From: an uncultured delta proteobacterium
GTDB taxonomy: Bacteria > Myxococcota_A > Polyangia > Palsa-1104
Reading direction: 5' to 3'
Assembly (NCBI GenBank): GCA_963785725.1
Contig: CAWAWS010000014.1
Span: 1 to 64,000 of the forward strand
Length of the DNA: 64,000 nucleotides
Shown here one piece after another: positions 50,263 through 59,995 of this stretch; the stretch's first letter is position 1; the number at the start of each line of letters is the position of its first letter. The position numbers were made by a program, and so were the translations under genes. Under the pieces are notes generated by a model. It was given only the letters and a program-made list of their open reading frames with translations. It did not search any database and was not told where the DNA came from.

Positions 50263-50931
50263 CTACGCCGGGAAGCCGCGCGCGCCCAGCAGCGGCACGA
50301 AGATGCAGCCGCCTTGGCGCGTGATCGAGATGCCGCGCGCCGTGCGCCTGACGACGCGCAGCGACTGCAGCGCGCCCGGGCCCACGGGCGCGACCAAGCG
50401 TCCGAACGGGCCCAGCTGCGCCATCAGCTCATCGGGCACGGCCGGCGTCGCGGCGGCGACGAGGATGGCGTCATAAGGCGCTTCGTTGGGCAGGCCGACC
50501 GAGCCGTCGCCGTCGACGACATGCACGTTGCCGTAGCCGAGCGCCGTCAACAGCCAGCGCGCGCGCCGCGCCAGCTCGGGGATGCGCTCGACGGTGAACA
50601 CCTCGCGCACCAGACGCCCGAGCAGCGCCGCCTGATAACCGGAGCCGGTGCCGACCTCGAGGACGCGCTCATCGCCGTCGAGCTCGAGCAGCTCGGTCAT
50701 CCAGCCGACGACGAACGGCTGCGAAATCGTCTGCTGAAAGCCGATCGGCAGCGGCCGATCTTCGTACGCGAACGGCCGCATCGGCGCCGGCACGAACATG
50801 TGCCGCGGCAGCGACGCCATCGCCGCCAGCACGCGCACGTCGCGAATGCCGCGTGCCGCCACTTGCGCCTCCACCATGACCCGCGCCGCCCGTTGTTCCA
50901 CGAGAGCAAATATGGTGCCGATTCGCTGCAC
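50263..50931 (-). CDS. pcm: Protein-L-isoaspartate O-methyltransferase
   Basis: PRHMFVP, QTISQP, VLEVGTGSGYQAA, APYDAI, FVPL; start approximate. Confidence 0.95.
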   Translation of the reverse strand: MQRIGTIFALVEQRAARVMVEAQVAARGIRDVRVLAAMASLPRHMFVPAPMRPFAYEDRPLPIGFQQTISQPFVVGWMTELLELDGDERVLEVGTGSGYQAALLGRLVREVFTVERIPELARRARWLLTALGYGNVHVVDGDGSVGLPNEAPYDAILVAAATPAVPDELMAQLGPFGRLVAPVGPGALQSLRVVRRTARGISITRQGGCIFVPLLGARGFPA

Positions 50932-50963
50932 ATGCAGCGTCAGTCGTCACGCCAAGCGCAACT

Positions 50964-51656
50964 TCAGTCGTTCTTGGCGCAGCGAAAGCCGATGTCGCCG
51001 TCGCGATAGTCGGGTGGGAACGCCAGGCGGTTGCTGGCGCGCGGCAGGCCGAACATCGAGCAGCAGGCGCCGCCGCGCACGACGCGACGGTCGCCGCGCC
51101 GCGGCCCTTTCGGGTTCGTCCGCGGCGCATGGCGGTAATAGCGCGCGTCGTACCAGTCGGCGACCCACTCCCAGACGTTGCCGGCCAAGTCGTGCAGCTC
51201 GCCGCCGTAGCTGCCGACGACGACGGGCTTGCCGGGGTTGCGCGGGCAGCGGCCTTCGCCGTCGAAGTTGCCGAAGTTGCCACGCGTGCAGTCGGGCTCG
51301 TCGCCCCACGGGAAGATGCGCCCGTCCGTGCCGCGCGCCGCGCGCTCCCACTCGGCTTCGGTCGGCAAACGCTCGTGCGCATAGTGGCAGTAGGCGTTGG
51401 CGTCGTTCCAGCTGACGTTCGTCACCGGCAGCCGCACGTCCGCGACGTCGGCTGCGCCCGGCTGCGGCTTACAGGCGCCGGCCGCGACGCACTGTGCATA
51501 TTCGCCGCGCGTCACCTCGTCCCGATCGAGGTAAAACGGCGCCACCACGACGGTTCGGCGCGGCTGCTCGTCGGCTTCGTCGCCGCCGCCCATGACGAAC
51601 GGGCCGCCCGCGACCTTCACCAGCAGCAAGAAAAGGGAGAATGCCAGCCGATCCAC
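50964..51656 (-). CDS. FGE-sulfatase / SUMF1 domain protein
   Basis: PFVMG, EVT, VSWNDA, RLPTEAEWERAARG, DLAGNVWEWV, RGG, IGFRCA. Confidence 0.9.
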   Translation of the reverse strand: MDRLAFSLFLLLVKVAGGPFVMGGGDEADEQPRRTVVVAPFYLDRDEVTRGEYAQCVAAGACKPQPGAADVADVRLPVTNVSWNDANAYCHYAHERLPTEAEWERAARGTDGRIFPWGDEPDCTRGNFGNFDGEGRCPRNPGKPVVVGSYGGELHDLAGNVWEWVADWYDARYYRHAPRTNPKGPRRGDRRVVRGGACCSMFGLPRASNRLAFPPDYRDGDIGFRCAKND

Positions 51657-51661
51657 GGTAG

Positions 51662-51671
51662 AATCTATAGT
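51662..51671. promoter_or_regulatory. Candidate bidirectional -10 core (TATAGT on +, TAGATT on -)
   Basis: AATCTATAGT in a 31-bp divergent spacer. Confidence 0.5.
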
Positions 51672-51687
51672 CGAAAGGGACAAACCC

Positions 51688-52041
51688 ATGAAGCCGTCCA
51701 TTCGCAATACGGGCCTCGCCTTCTTGCTTCTCGGCGCCGGTCTCGTCGCTTGGGGCTTCGTCGGTCTCATCCCGAGCCCGACGTTCATCGGCGGCGGCGC
51801 CGCGGTCGCGCTCACCGGCATCGGCCTCTTCTTCCGCGCTCGCATCGCCCATCGCGCCGGCCTCGTCTTGTCGACGATCGCCACCGGCTGCGGCGGCTAC
51901 AGCCTCTACCACGCCGTCTATCCGACGATGTCGTCGCACCTCGCCGTCGCCAAAGCCGGCATCTTGACCGCCGTCGGCCTGTATCTGCTGGTGTCGCTGG
52001 TCTGGGTTCGCCCGCATTTTCGTCGCGACACCAAAGTCTGA
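51688..52041 (+). CDS. Hypothetical 4-TM membrane protein
   Basis: RBS AAGGGA; four hydrophobic segments. Confidence 0.7.
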   Translation: MKPSIRNTGLAFLLLGAGLVAWGFVGLIPSPTFIGGGAAVALTGIGLFFRARIAHRAGLVLSTIATGCGGYSLYHAVYPTMSSHLAVAKAGILTAVGLYLLVSLVWVRPHFRRDTKV

Positions 52042-52107
52042 TTTCGCCGGCGGCGCCCGCAGCGTGCGCGTCGTCTCCAACTCCACGAATGACGTGAATC
52101 TCCGGCG

Positions 52108-52929
52108 ATGACGCGGGTCATCGTCGTCATTGCGCTCGCGATCGTCGTCCTCTTGGCGCTGCTGCTGTTGTGGGCGCGCTCGCTGTTCCACGAGCCGAAC
52201 GCCCGCCGCATCGGCTCGCTCGTCGACGAATTGCACGCGCGCTCGATCGTCGCCGTCTTCGCGCACCCCGACGACGAGATCAAGGTCTGCGGCCTGCTCG
52301 CCGACGCCGGCGGGCGCCACGACGTCACCGCCCGCATCATCAGCGCCGCGCAGGGCGACGGCGGCATCGTCTCCGCCGAATTCCTGCGCGCCGACCTGCC
52401 GCGCGTGCGCGCCGCCGAGCTGCGCCGGCACGCCGCGCTGCTCGGCGTGCGTGACGTCGACGTCTGGCCCTATCGCGACGGCCACGTCGCCGCCGCGCCC
52501 GCCGGCGAGCTCGAGGCGCGCATCGTCGATCGCTTGCGAACCTGGCAGCCGGACGTCGTCCTCACGTTCGATCCCGCCGGCGGCTTCTCGGCCCATCCCG
52601 ACCACGTGCGCATCGGCGCGGCCACGCGCGACGCCTTCTGCGCCGTCGGCCACGACGCACAGCCGCCACGCTGGCTCGTCTACATCTTGGCCCCGCGCGG
52701 CGCGGCCCGCGTGTTCGGCGGCGCGCGCGGCCGTCACGTCGCCGCCGTCGAGCCGGCACCTCAATTGGCCGTGCACGTCGATCCGGCGCAGCAGATTCGC
52801 GGCTGGGACACGCACCGCTCGCAGCGCGACTACATTCGCCGCAACGCCCACGTGCCCGCCTGGCTGCTGTTCCGCCTCTCCGACGACGAGCTCTACGTCG
52901 CCTACGAACGCAGCCAAGTCTGCAAGTAG
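52108..52929 (+). CDS. PIG-L/LmbE family deacetylase, N-terminally anchored
   Basis: FAHPDDE, HPDH, HRSQ. Confidence 0.9.
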   Translation: MTRVIVVIALAIVVLLALLLLWARSLFHEPNARRIGSLVDELHARSIVAVFAHPDDEIKVCGLLADAGGRHDVTARIISAAQGDGGIVSAEFLRADLPRVRAAELRRHAALLGVRDVDVWPYRDGHVAAAPAGELEARIVDRLRTWQPDVVLTFDPAGGFSAHPDHVRIGAATRDAFCAVGHDAQPPRWLVYILAPRGAARVFGGARGRHVAAVEPAPQLAVHVDPAQQIRGWDTHRSQRDYIRRNAHVPAWLLFRLSDDELYVAYERSQVCK

Positions 52930-53033
52930 CCGATGTTGGTTATGATTTAGCGACATGTCAGACGTGTGACAGGAGTGCTAAAGTCGTGCGCTCTTGGCCC
53001 GATGTAACTCATGCAGTGGGCGAGGCGGGGTTG

Positions 53034-53621
53034 ATGCAAGTCGCAGCGGGGGAGATTCCGGAAGCCAAGGCGGCCGGCTTCGTGACGGTGACCACGGTCC
53101 TGCGCGAAATGTTGGGGCCGGACAAGTTCGCGCACGTCGTCAGCAAGCTGCCGTCGCCGACGGCGGCGCTGGTGAAGACGCCGCCGTTGCCGCTGCAGTG
53201 GATTCCCTGCGATCGCTACGCCGAGCTGGTCTCGACGGCGCTGACGCACGGCTTCGGCGGCGACGAAGAGCAGCTCATCGAAATGGGCCGGCGCGCGTTC
53301 TTTCACGACTTGAAGACGCTCTATCGACTGTTCGTGCGGCTGCGCTCGCCGGCGTGGGTCATCGAGCGCGGCTCGAAGCTGTGGCTCACTTACAATCGCA
53401 ACAACGGCCTCTTGCACACGAAGCAGATCGGCGATCGGCAGTGCCAGGTCACGTACGAAAAAGTGTGCGCCATCTATCCCGGCTTTTGGTCCTATCAGCG
53501 CGGCTGCTTGCTCGCCGTCGTCAAGGCGACCGGCTATCCGAACGCGACGGTGTCGTTCACGAGCGGCGGCAACACCAGCGGCGACCGCACGCTCGCGATC
53601 GACTGGGGCGAGAAAGTCTAA
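53034..53621 (+). CDS. Myxobacterial hypothetical protein (DUF2378/TIGR02265-like)
   Basis: KLPSPT...QWIP...MGRRAF..DLKTLY..F...SP..VI.R...LW..Y...G pattern. Confidence 0.7.
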   Translation: MQVAAGEIPEAKAAGFVTVTTVLREMLGPDKFAHVVSKLPSPTAALVKTPPLPLQWIPCDRYAELVSTALTHGFGGDEEQLIEMGRRAFFHDLKTLYRLFVRLRSPAWVIERGSKLWLTYNRNNGLLHTKQIGDRQCQVTYEKVCAIYPGFWSYQRGCLLAVVKATGYPNATVSFTSGGNTSGDRTLAIDWGEKV

Positions 53622-54268
53622 GGCGCGGGTGCGACGGTGATGCGCGGCCAATCGACGGCGTGCGCGTAATACGCCGCTTCGCCGCCGACGAACGCCGCCG
53701 GATGGCCCGCGAACCCGACGCGCACCGTCGAGTCCGTATAGTTGTGCCGTCCCGCTTGCGTGATCTCGGGGCCGTCGGCCCGTAAGGCATCGGCGCTCTT
53801 GCCGCTCGGGCGGACGATGGCGATGTGGCCGGGCTTGTCGTCGCGGTGGTTGCGATAGACGACGACCACGAATTGGCCGCGATTGGCCGCCGCCTGCGCC
53901 GCCGCGCCGTCGGCGAGCGCGTGCCAGCCCGCTTGCGCGCCTGCGCCGCCGAGCCAGTCGTGCTGGGCGTTGGCGAGCAGCACTTGACTATGCTCGGGCG
54001 GCCGCAAAATGTAGATGCCGAGCCGCTCGGCGATGGCGGCGACGAAGGCGCTGCAGTGCGTGTGGACGCCGGTGCCGTGCTCCGGCTTGCCGTCGGGGAT
54101 GCCGGTGCGCCAGTCGACGTGCTGCTCGGCCGGCCAATGCTGCTCGACGTGCGCGCCGTCGAGCACGGCGAGCAGCTTGCGCGCGTCGGGCGGCAACTCC
54201 GCGGCGCGCGCCGGCGCGGCCAAGCCGACGGCGAGCGAGACGACTGCGAGAACGACCGATCTCGTCAC
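53618..54268 (-). CDS. Secreted NlpC/P60- or papain-like Cys-His protein
   Basis: Signal peptide; THCSAFVA, ANAQHDWL, GHIAIVRP, ITQAG. Confidence 0.7.
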   Translation of the reverse strand: MTRSVVLAVVSLAVGLAAPARAAELPPDARKLLAVLDGAHVEQHWPAEQHVDWRTGIPDGKPEHGTGVHTHCSAFVAAIAERLGIYILRPPEHSQVLLANAQHDWLGGAGAQAGWHALADGAAAQAAANRGQFVVVVYRNHRDDKPGHIAIVRPSGKSADALRADGPEITQAGRHNYTDSTVRVGFAGHPAAFVGGEAAYYAHAVDWPRITVAPAP

Positions 54269-54550
54269 GCGCGTACCCTCGCACGCTGCGGCCCTGGGCG
54301 CGCCCGACGAGCGGCGCTGCGGATCGGTGCGTCGTCCTTCGCGATTGCGCAGCTGCGGCCGATTGTCGCTTGGTCGACTGTCGCCTAAATGAGACAGCAT
54401 GTGTCGGCGTCGGTCTGGGACGGCGCTAGTTTGGGCTGATCGGCCATTTCCCGGCATTTTAGCGCTGATTTTGCGAAAAAAGCAGTGACGCGCGATTGAC
54501 TGTCACGCGACGTCGATCTTCAATCGCCCACTTCAAGGGGAGAAATATCA

Positions 54551-55015
54551 ATGAAGCTCGCTCGTGCTGCGCTCGTGTTTGCTGCGTTCTCGACTGTCGC
54601 TGCTTGCGCCGGAAGCAACGCCGCCGTCATGTCCGATCAAGAGATCGGCAGCTTCGGGACCAAGTCGTTCGAGGCGTCGAAGCCCAAAGTGTTCGCCGCC
54701 GCCATCGGCGCGTTGAAGGCGCAGGGCTATCAGATCGCGTCGCAGAACGAGGAGAAGGGCACGATCTTGACGGCGCGCAAGGTCATCCGCGCGGTGGCCG
54801 TGGGTAACGCGTATCAGGCGACGGCCGTCGACGTCACGCGCCAATATTTCCTGCAGCTCAACCACACGGGCGGGCAGACGGTCGTCGTCGCGCGGCCGAG
54901 CGTCTACCAAGGCGAGGCCGATCTCTCGGCGCAAAAGGTGTGGGATCTCGAGGGTCCCGTCGGCGAGCGCGTGCTCTGGAACAGCCTGTTCAAGCAGATC
55001 AGCGAGCTCTTGTAG
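54551..55015 (+). CDS. Hypothetical lipoprotein
   Basis: RBS AAGGGGAG; lipobox VAAC. Confidence 0.8.
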   Translation: MKLARAALVFAAFSTVAACAGSNAAVMSDQEIGSFGTKSFEASKPKVFAAAIGALKAQGYQIASQNEEKGTILTARKVIRAVAVGNAYQATAVDVTRQYFLQLNHTGGQTVVVARPSVYQGEADLSAQKVWDLEGPVGERVLWNSLFKQISELL

Positions 55016-55018
55016 ACG

Positions 55019-55357
55019 GTGGGCGCGTCGTTCGCGGGCACGAAATTCGGCGAAGCGGCCTATGTCGTCAAGAGCGGCGCGCGCGCGAGCCTGCTCTTTT
55101 GCGACGCCATCCAGAATTCGCGACCGGGCCGCGGCGTCAACGGCTTCATGTTCAAGCTCATGGGCTTCACCGGCGACGAGCTGAAGGCCCCGCCGTTCTA
55201 CGAGCTGCGCGCGGTCAGCGACGAAGCGGCCCTCGCGCGCGACCTCTGGCGGCTCGCCGACACGCCGGCGTTGACGCGCCTCATTCCCAGCCACGGGCTC
55301 GTCGTCGACCGCGATGCCGCGGCCGCGCTGCGCACCGCCGTCAACCGATATTACTGA
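55019..55357 (+). pseudogene. C-terminal half of a metallo-beta-lactamase-fold (DUF4336-like) protein
   Basis: GE...SLLFCDAIQN...RLIPSHG present, N-terminal metal motif absent; starts 3 nt after the upstream stop with no RBS. Confidence 0.55.
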
Positions 55358-55367
55358 AGTAACTGCT

Positions 55368-56072
55368 TCAGTGTTTGCTGCCGCTGTCGTCGTCGTCGGT
55401 GTGGCCGTGGCGCGCGCGGCCGAGGACGCCCTCGAGCTCCTGCAGTATCTCGTCCGACAGCAGCGTGTTCGCGTTGGCCGCCTGCGTCTCGGCGCGCAAG
55501 GCTTCGGTCGCGCGCGCGTGCCGCCGCACGTCGGCGGGCGAGCGCGCGGCGCGGCGTGCGCGGCGCCGGCGCTCCCGACGTCGCGACCACAAGCGGCCGA
55601 AGAGCGACCACGCGCGCGCGCCGTCGAGCGGCGCGATCGGCAGCAGATTGAACGCCATCGTGAGCGCGTTGGGCGCGATGAACACGCCGAGCAGCTCGCG
55701 TAAGAATCGATCGGAAGGCGCGCCGCCGAGCGCGACGATCGTCAGCGCGGCGACGAGCAAGAGCGCTTGGCCGAGCACGCCGCCCCAGGCGATGACCGAG
55801 CGCTGCAACGGCGTGACGTTGCCGCGATAGCTGCATTCGCCGCCGAAGGCGTGCAGATCGATGGCCACGACTTTCAGGCGATAGCGCGTCACCAAGAGCG
55901 CGTGTCCCAGCTCGTGCACGAGGATCATGAGCGCGAAGCCGAGCCACGCGCCGGGCTCGAATTGGCCGCGGCTGAAAAAGAGCGCGCCGAGGATGAGCGA
56001 CGCGTGGAGCCGCACGGGCGCGCCGCGATAGCGGCCGAGCGTCCACGTGCTCCATGATGTTCGGTTCGACAT
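55368..56072 (-). CDS. Site-2 protease (M50)
   Basis: LVHELGHAL and FNLLPIAPLDG; several TMs. Confidence 0.9.
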   Translation of the reverse strand: MSNRTSWSTWTLGRYRGAPVRLHASLILGALFFSRGQFEPGAWLGFALMILVHELGHALLVTRYRLKVVAIDLHAFGGECSYRGNVTPLQRSVIAWGGVLGQALLLVAALTIVALGGAPSDRFLRELLGVFIAPNALTMAFNLLPIAPLDGARAWSLFGRLWSRRRERRRRARRAARSPADVRRHARATEALRAETQAANANTLLSDEILQELEGVLGRARHGHTDDDDSGSKH

Positions 56073-56244
56073 TGGTGTGGCTCGCCGGCGACGTCAGTCG
56101 GCCGTACGCGATCAGTGCCCGAATTCGCGCGCGAACGACATCGCCTCGTCGCGCGATGTCTCCGACGAGAGACATGCCGGACGTCGATCGCGGCTGCGCC
56201 CCGTGCAATGAATAACGGCTCGGCGCACGCGTCAGGCTGCAACG

Positions 56245-56709
56245 ATGTGGCGAGCGCTGTCCGCAGCCATTCTGAGCGCGGCGATGGCGACGGGCTGCGC
56301 GCACAGTCCGCAGCCCGAGGATTCCGGAGTGCCCTGCCTGAGCTTTCGGCGCGAAGGTCGGCACACCCGCTATTTTCTCGGTGACGCGACCGCCTCGTCG
56401 GCCGACGTCGACCGGGCGATGGCGAGAGTCCCGCGCGCCGCGGCGGCCGAAGCGCGTCGCGGCCGCCTGAGCGCGGCCGCGGCCGCAACCGGCATGGCCG
56501 CCCACGGGCTCACCTTCCTCGTCGGCGCGCCTCTGCTGCTGAGCAGCCACTCGACGGCGCAAACGGATGCGGGCGCGGCGCTGATGACCGCGTTCCCCCT
56601 CGGCTTCGTGGCGATCAGCGTCCTCCTCGAGGAATCGGGTCGTGCACGCCGGGAAGCGATCGACCGGTTCAACGCCGCTTCCGACGACAGCGGGCGCTGC
56701 CCGCCTTGA
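56245..56709 (+). CDS. Hypothetical lipoprotein with two TM segments
   Basis: Lipobox ATGC; hydrophobic hairpin. Confidence 0.55.
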   Translation: MWRALSAAILSAAMATGCAHSPQPEDSGVPCLSFRREGRHTRYFLGDATASSADVDRAMARVPRAAAAEARRGRLSAAAAATGMAAHGLTFLVGAPLLLSSHSTAQTDAGAALMTAFPLGFVAISVLLEESGRARREAIDRFNAASDDSGRCPP

Positions 56710-56741
56710 CGCGATCGCAGACTATTCGACGAGCGACACCG

Positions 56742-57137
56742 CTACTTCGCGCGCTTCAGCCGCGCATTCTGACGCGCACGCCACAGCGGACGCAGCATCA
56801 GCGACAAGCCGAGCAAGGAGCCGACGACGCCTTGCAGCGAGCTGCGATCGGCCGCGTCGACCGAATCGGAGGCGTGCGCCGCGGCGAACCCGAATCCGGC
56901 CAAGAACAGGAGCATGCCCACGACGAACAGGATGGTCCACGGCGCGGACCCTTTGGGCAGACGATGGAGCGCGACACCGACGGCGGCCGAGAGCAGCGCG
57001 GCGACCGAGCAGGGCAGCGCCACCACGACGTTGGGATGATGGGGAGCACCGGAATCGGCGTAACAGCAGACCAACGCGACGACGAGCCAGAAGAGCGCCC
57101 CCAGACAAATGACGGCGGCCAACAGCGACTTCAGCAT
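56742..57137 (-). CDS. Hypothetical 4-TM membrane protein
   Basis: Four hydrophobic segments, basic C-terminus. Confidence 0.5.
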   Translation of the reverse strand: MLKSLLAAVICLGALFWLVVALVCCYADSGAPHHPNVVVALPCSVAALLSAAVGVALHRLPKGSAPWTILFVVGMLLFLAGFGFAAAHASDSVDAADRSSLQGVVGSLLGLSLMLRPLWRARQNARLKRAK

Positions 57138-57572
57138 CACCAGCTGGTCTAACACGTCCGCCGGTGGCGCTCTCGCGACGATGATCACCCGGCTTCGAAG
57201 CCTTCCCATCCGCTCGGCCGGGTTTCTCGCGGGCGCGTCGAACCCGAGCGCCTCCGGTCTCGGTCCGACGAGCGATGCGTCATGCCGCAGCGACGGAGCA
57301 ACCCGGTCGAGAATCGGCCGTACTGAAGAAGCGCTCGGCGATCGCGAGGCCGGGCAAGCACGTCAGCGCGCGAAGATGGCGCATCCGACGCGACGACGAA
57401 GGTCGCATCAGGCGACAAAACGCGTGCCGCCACGGCGCTTGCGACTGGTCGACCGAGTCGGCTTTCTCGTCGGGCGACACCGCCTCGGGCGCGAAGCCGA
57501 CGCGCGAATAAGGCAGCGAGCCGATGGTCGCTGCAGTCGCTGTGCGCAAATGGCAGCGGAAGAGAGGTGAGC

Positions 57573-58070
57573 ATGGGCACGACCAATCGCCTCGCGTTCC
57601 TGACGCTCCTCATGGTCACGACCGCGCATCCGGCCAGCGCTGCACCCACCGATTGCGCGCCGTTGCCCTTGCCGTTGGCGCTGCCGTTGGCGGCAACGCC
57701 TTGCTGCCCGTGCGCCTGCGAGCTAGCCGAGCTGCAGGCCCGAGAGCGCGCGGCGCGCGAGATGCTTGCGGTGGGCCTGACGGTCTTGGTGCCGGCCTAC
57801 ATCGCCGGAACGGCCTACGCGTTTTCGCTGCCGGGCAGCGTGCGCGCGGTCGATAGTCTGCCCATCTTCGGGGCGCTCGCCGCCGGCGCGCGCGACACCA
57901 GGCGCGACAACCATTCGGCGCTCTTCTTTTCCAGCGGCGCGCAGTTCATCGGCGCCTTCATGACCGTGCTGGCAGCGGTCGAGTTGGCGAACGTCCACGA
58001 GCGGCGCTGGCAGTTCGACGTCGCTGCCGGCCCGGGCTCGGCCCAGCTGTCGGCGCAGCTGCACTGGTGA
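57573..58070 (+). CDS. Hypothetical exported/membrane protein
   Basis: RBS GAGGTG; signal peptide; CCPCAC cluster; C-terminal aromatic strand. Confidence 0.55.
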   Translation: MGTTNRLAFLTLLMVTTAHPASAAPTDCAPLPLPLALPLAATPCCPCACELAELQARERAAREMLAVGLTVLVPAYIAGTAYAFSLPGSVRAVDSLPIFGALAAGARDTRRDNHSALFFSSGAQFIGAFMTVLAAVELANVHERRWQFDVAAGPGSAQLSAQLHW

Positions 58071-58147
58071 AGAGCCATCCGCGCCGCACGGGTTGCGGCA
58101 AATGAGCGTCCGCTCTGGCGCAAAGCTGCGGCGGTGGTGGCGCCTGG

Positions 58148-58639
58148 CTAGTCGCCGGGATGGTAGGCGATGCGCCAGCCTTTGTTCAGCGTCAGCCCTT
58201 CCATCGGCAGCTCCCGCGGGTCGTTGGACAGGTGGCGCTCGGCCAATCCGCTCGTGGGCGTGGCGTCCTTCGCTTTGATCAGGAACCAGCCACCGTGTCG
58301 CCAGTCATCGGTGAGGCGAACGAACAGCGTGTCGTCGTCAATGACGCAGGCGAAGCCGCCGACGAATGTCTCTTCGAAGTCGCAGTCGTAGAGGTTGCTC
58401 ACCCGCGTCACGCCATTCGGGCTGCGCGCCAGCGCCGCTTCGGCTTCGTGGATTCGCAGGTCGGCGCTGGCGAGCGTCGGTCTGGAGATCGCCAGCCACA
58501 GATTGACGCCCAAGAAGAGCAGCGCGAAGAACAGCGTGGGAATCAGGGGCACTGCGAGCACGGCCCACACCCACCGCGGCACCGGCTTCAGCGGCGCTCC
58601 GTCAGGCTTGGGGGCAATCGACCACGGCAACAGGCTCAT
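58148..58639 (-). CDS. Hypothetical membrane-anchored protein
   Basis: RBS GAGGGAG; N-terminal TM. Confidence 0.5.
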   Translation of the reverse strand: MSLLPWSIAPKPDGAPLKPVPRWVWAVLAVPLIPTLFFALLFLGVNLWLAISRPTLASADLRIHEAEAALARSPNGVTRVSNLYDCDFEETFVGGFACVIDDDTLFVRLTDDWRHGGWFLIKAKDATPTSGLAERHLSNDPRELPMEGLTLNKGWRIAYHPGD

Positions 58640-58857
58640 CGAGCTCCCTCGCGTGTAAATCCGAACCGTGTCAACGAGCGCGGAGCGTGTCAATGGGCCT
58701 GAGCGGTCGGACGGCGCGCGCTACGCCGGTTTTTGGCGCAGATACATCTCCACATCCGAACGACAAAAGAGCAGCTGCCGCCAGGCGGGACGCCGAGCTG
58801 ATCATCGTCAGGTCGTCGCTGCGTCGATTCGATGTCCGCAACGACGGACGCTTTCCG

Positions 58858-59028
58858 CTAACTCATGAATCCGGGTCCTCGGTCGCTTTCGCCGCGTGCC
58901 GTCTCGGCTATGAACGCGTCGATCTCCGCGTCGGCTGCGGCAAGCAGGCTCTCGGGCACGACGTTGCGGACCACCAGGTAACCTTCAGACGCGAACTCGC
59001 GAAGGCGCTCGCTCGTCAGCCAACGCAT
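58858..59028 (-). pseudogene. N-terminal fragment of a PhyH-family (phytanoyl-CoA dioxygenase-like) protein
   Basis: LTSERLREFASEGYLVVRNVVPESLL, then a stop after 56 aa. Confidence 0.65.
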
Positions 59029-59280
59029 GCAGCCGAGCATGTGGCCGACGCCAGCTCCGCGCAACCGCTTGCCTGTCCCGCTCAGCCTTGAGAGCGTCGC
59101 CAGCAGTCGTCGACGCCGGGCCCCGCAGATTGGACAAGCAGCGCCTTCAGGAAGCTGCCTCAAGAGTCAGAGCGCTTCAGGAGTCTTTAGGCAAAGCCTC
59201 CGGCTGTCCGGCTGCCGGATCTTGTCCGGCTGCCGAATCGAAATCCGCCGCAACTACCCGAATCCGCGTAGCCGCTCGCG

Positions 59281-59296
59281 TGGCACGCGCTGTGCT
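59281..59296 (+). promoter_or_regulatory. Sigma-54 (-24/-12) promoter upstream of radC
   Basis: TGGCACGCGCTGTGCT = GG-N10-GC. Confidence 0.65.
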
Positions 59297-59308
59297 GAGC
59301 CTCGCCGC

Positions 59309-59947
59309 ATGTCCGCTCAGGCCACGATCATTCCGGCGACGCTGCCCGACCAGTGCAACGACATCGAGCTGTTGGCGCTGACGCTCGGCCATCTGTCGCC
59401 GCGACGTGCGGCGCGCCTCCTGTCGCGCTTCGGCGGCGTGCACGGCCTGGCGCAGGCGTCGTTCGATGAGCTTGAGCGCGAGCGCGTGCCGCAAGCGCGC
59501 GCCCGTCAGCTGCAAGCGGCGCTCGAGCTCGGCCGGCGCACGATCGATCGACCGCTACGTCGCGGCGTGCCGATGACGAACGGCACCGCGGTCGTGGACT
59601 TCCTCAACGGCCGGCTGGCGCCGCGCGAGCAAGAGGAGCTGCACGTCATTGGCGTCGACATTCGCCTGCAGGTCATGACGCACTTCGTGGCCGCGGTCGG
59701 GTCGTCGTCGGAGGTGCAGGTCGACGCGCGCGACGTCTTCCGCCCGCTCGTGCGTCACAACGTCTACGGCTGCCTCATCGCGCACAACCATCCGTCGGGC
59801 GATCCGGCGCCGAGCGACGAGGACAAGAAGCTGACGCGCCGGTTGGCGGCGGCCGGCGAGCTCATCGGCGTCAAGCTGCTCGATCACGTCATCATTTCCA
59901 GCGGTGGCCACTACAGCTTCGCGGCCATGGGCTGGCGGCGCGAATGA
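59309..59947 (+). CDS. radC: RadC / JAB-domain protein
   Basis: ELLALTL, LLSRFGG, ALELGRR, AHNHPSGDPAPSDED, LLDHVII. Confidence 0.9.
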   Translation: MSAQATIIPATLPDQCNDIELLALTLGHLSPRRAARLLSRFGGVHGLAQASFDELERERVPQARARQLQAALELGRRTIDRPLRRGVPMTNGTAVVDFLNGRLAPREQEELHVIGVDIRLQVMTHFVAAVGSSSEVQVDARDVFRPLVRHNVYGCLIAHNHPSGDPAPSDEDKKLTRRLAAAGELIGVKLLDHVIISSGGHYSFAAMGWRRE

Positions 59948-59995
59948 CGAGGAATTTGGATCACCGGACGGCGTTGTATAAGCTAGCCCCGACGG

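Noticed and set aside
57185..57649. Short ORFs in the 57140-57570 gap
   Set aside because: No consistent codon bias, RBS or motif in any frame
59309..59947. radC as a marker of a mobile element
   Set aside because: It has the longer chromosomal form with an N-terminal helical part, host-like composition and no mobility genes nearby
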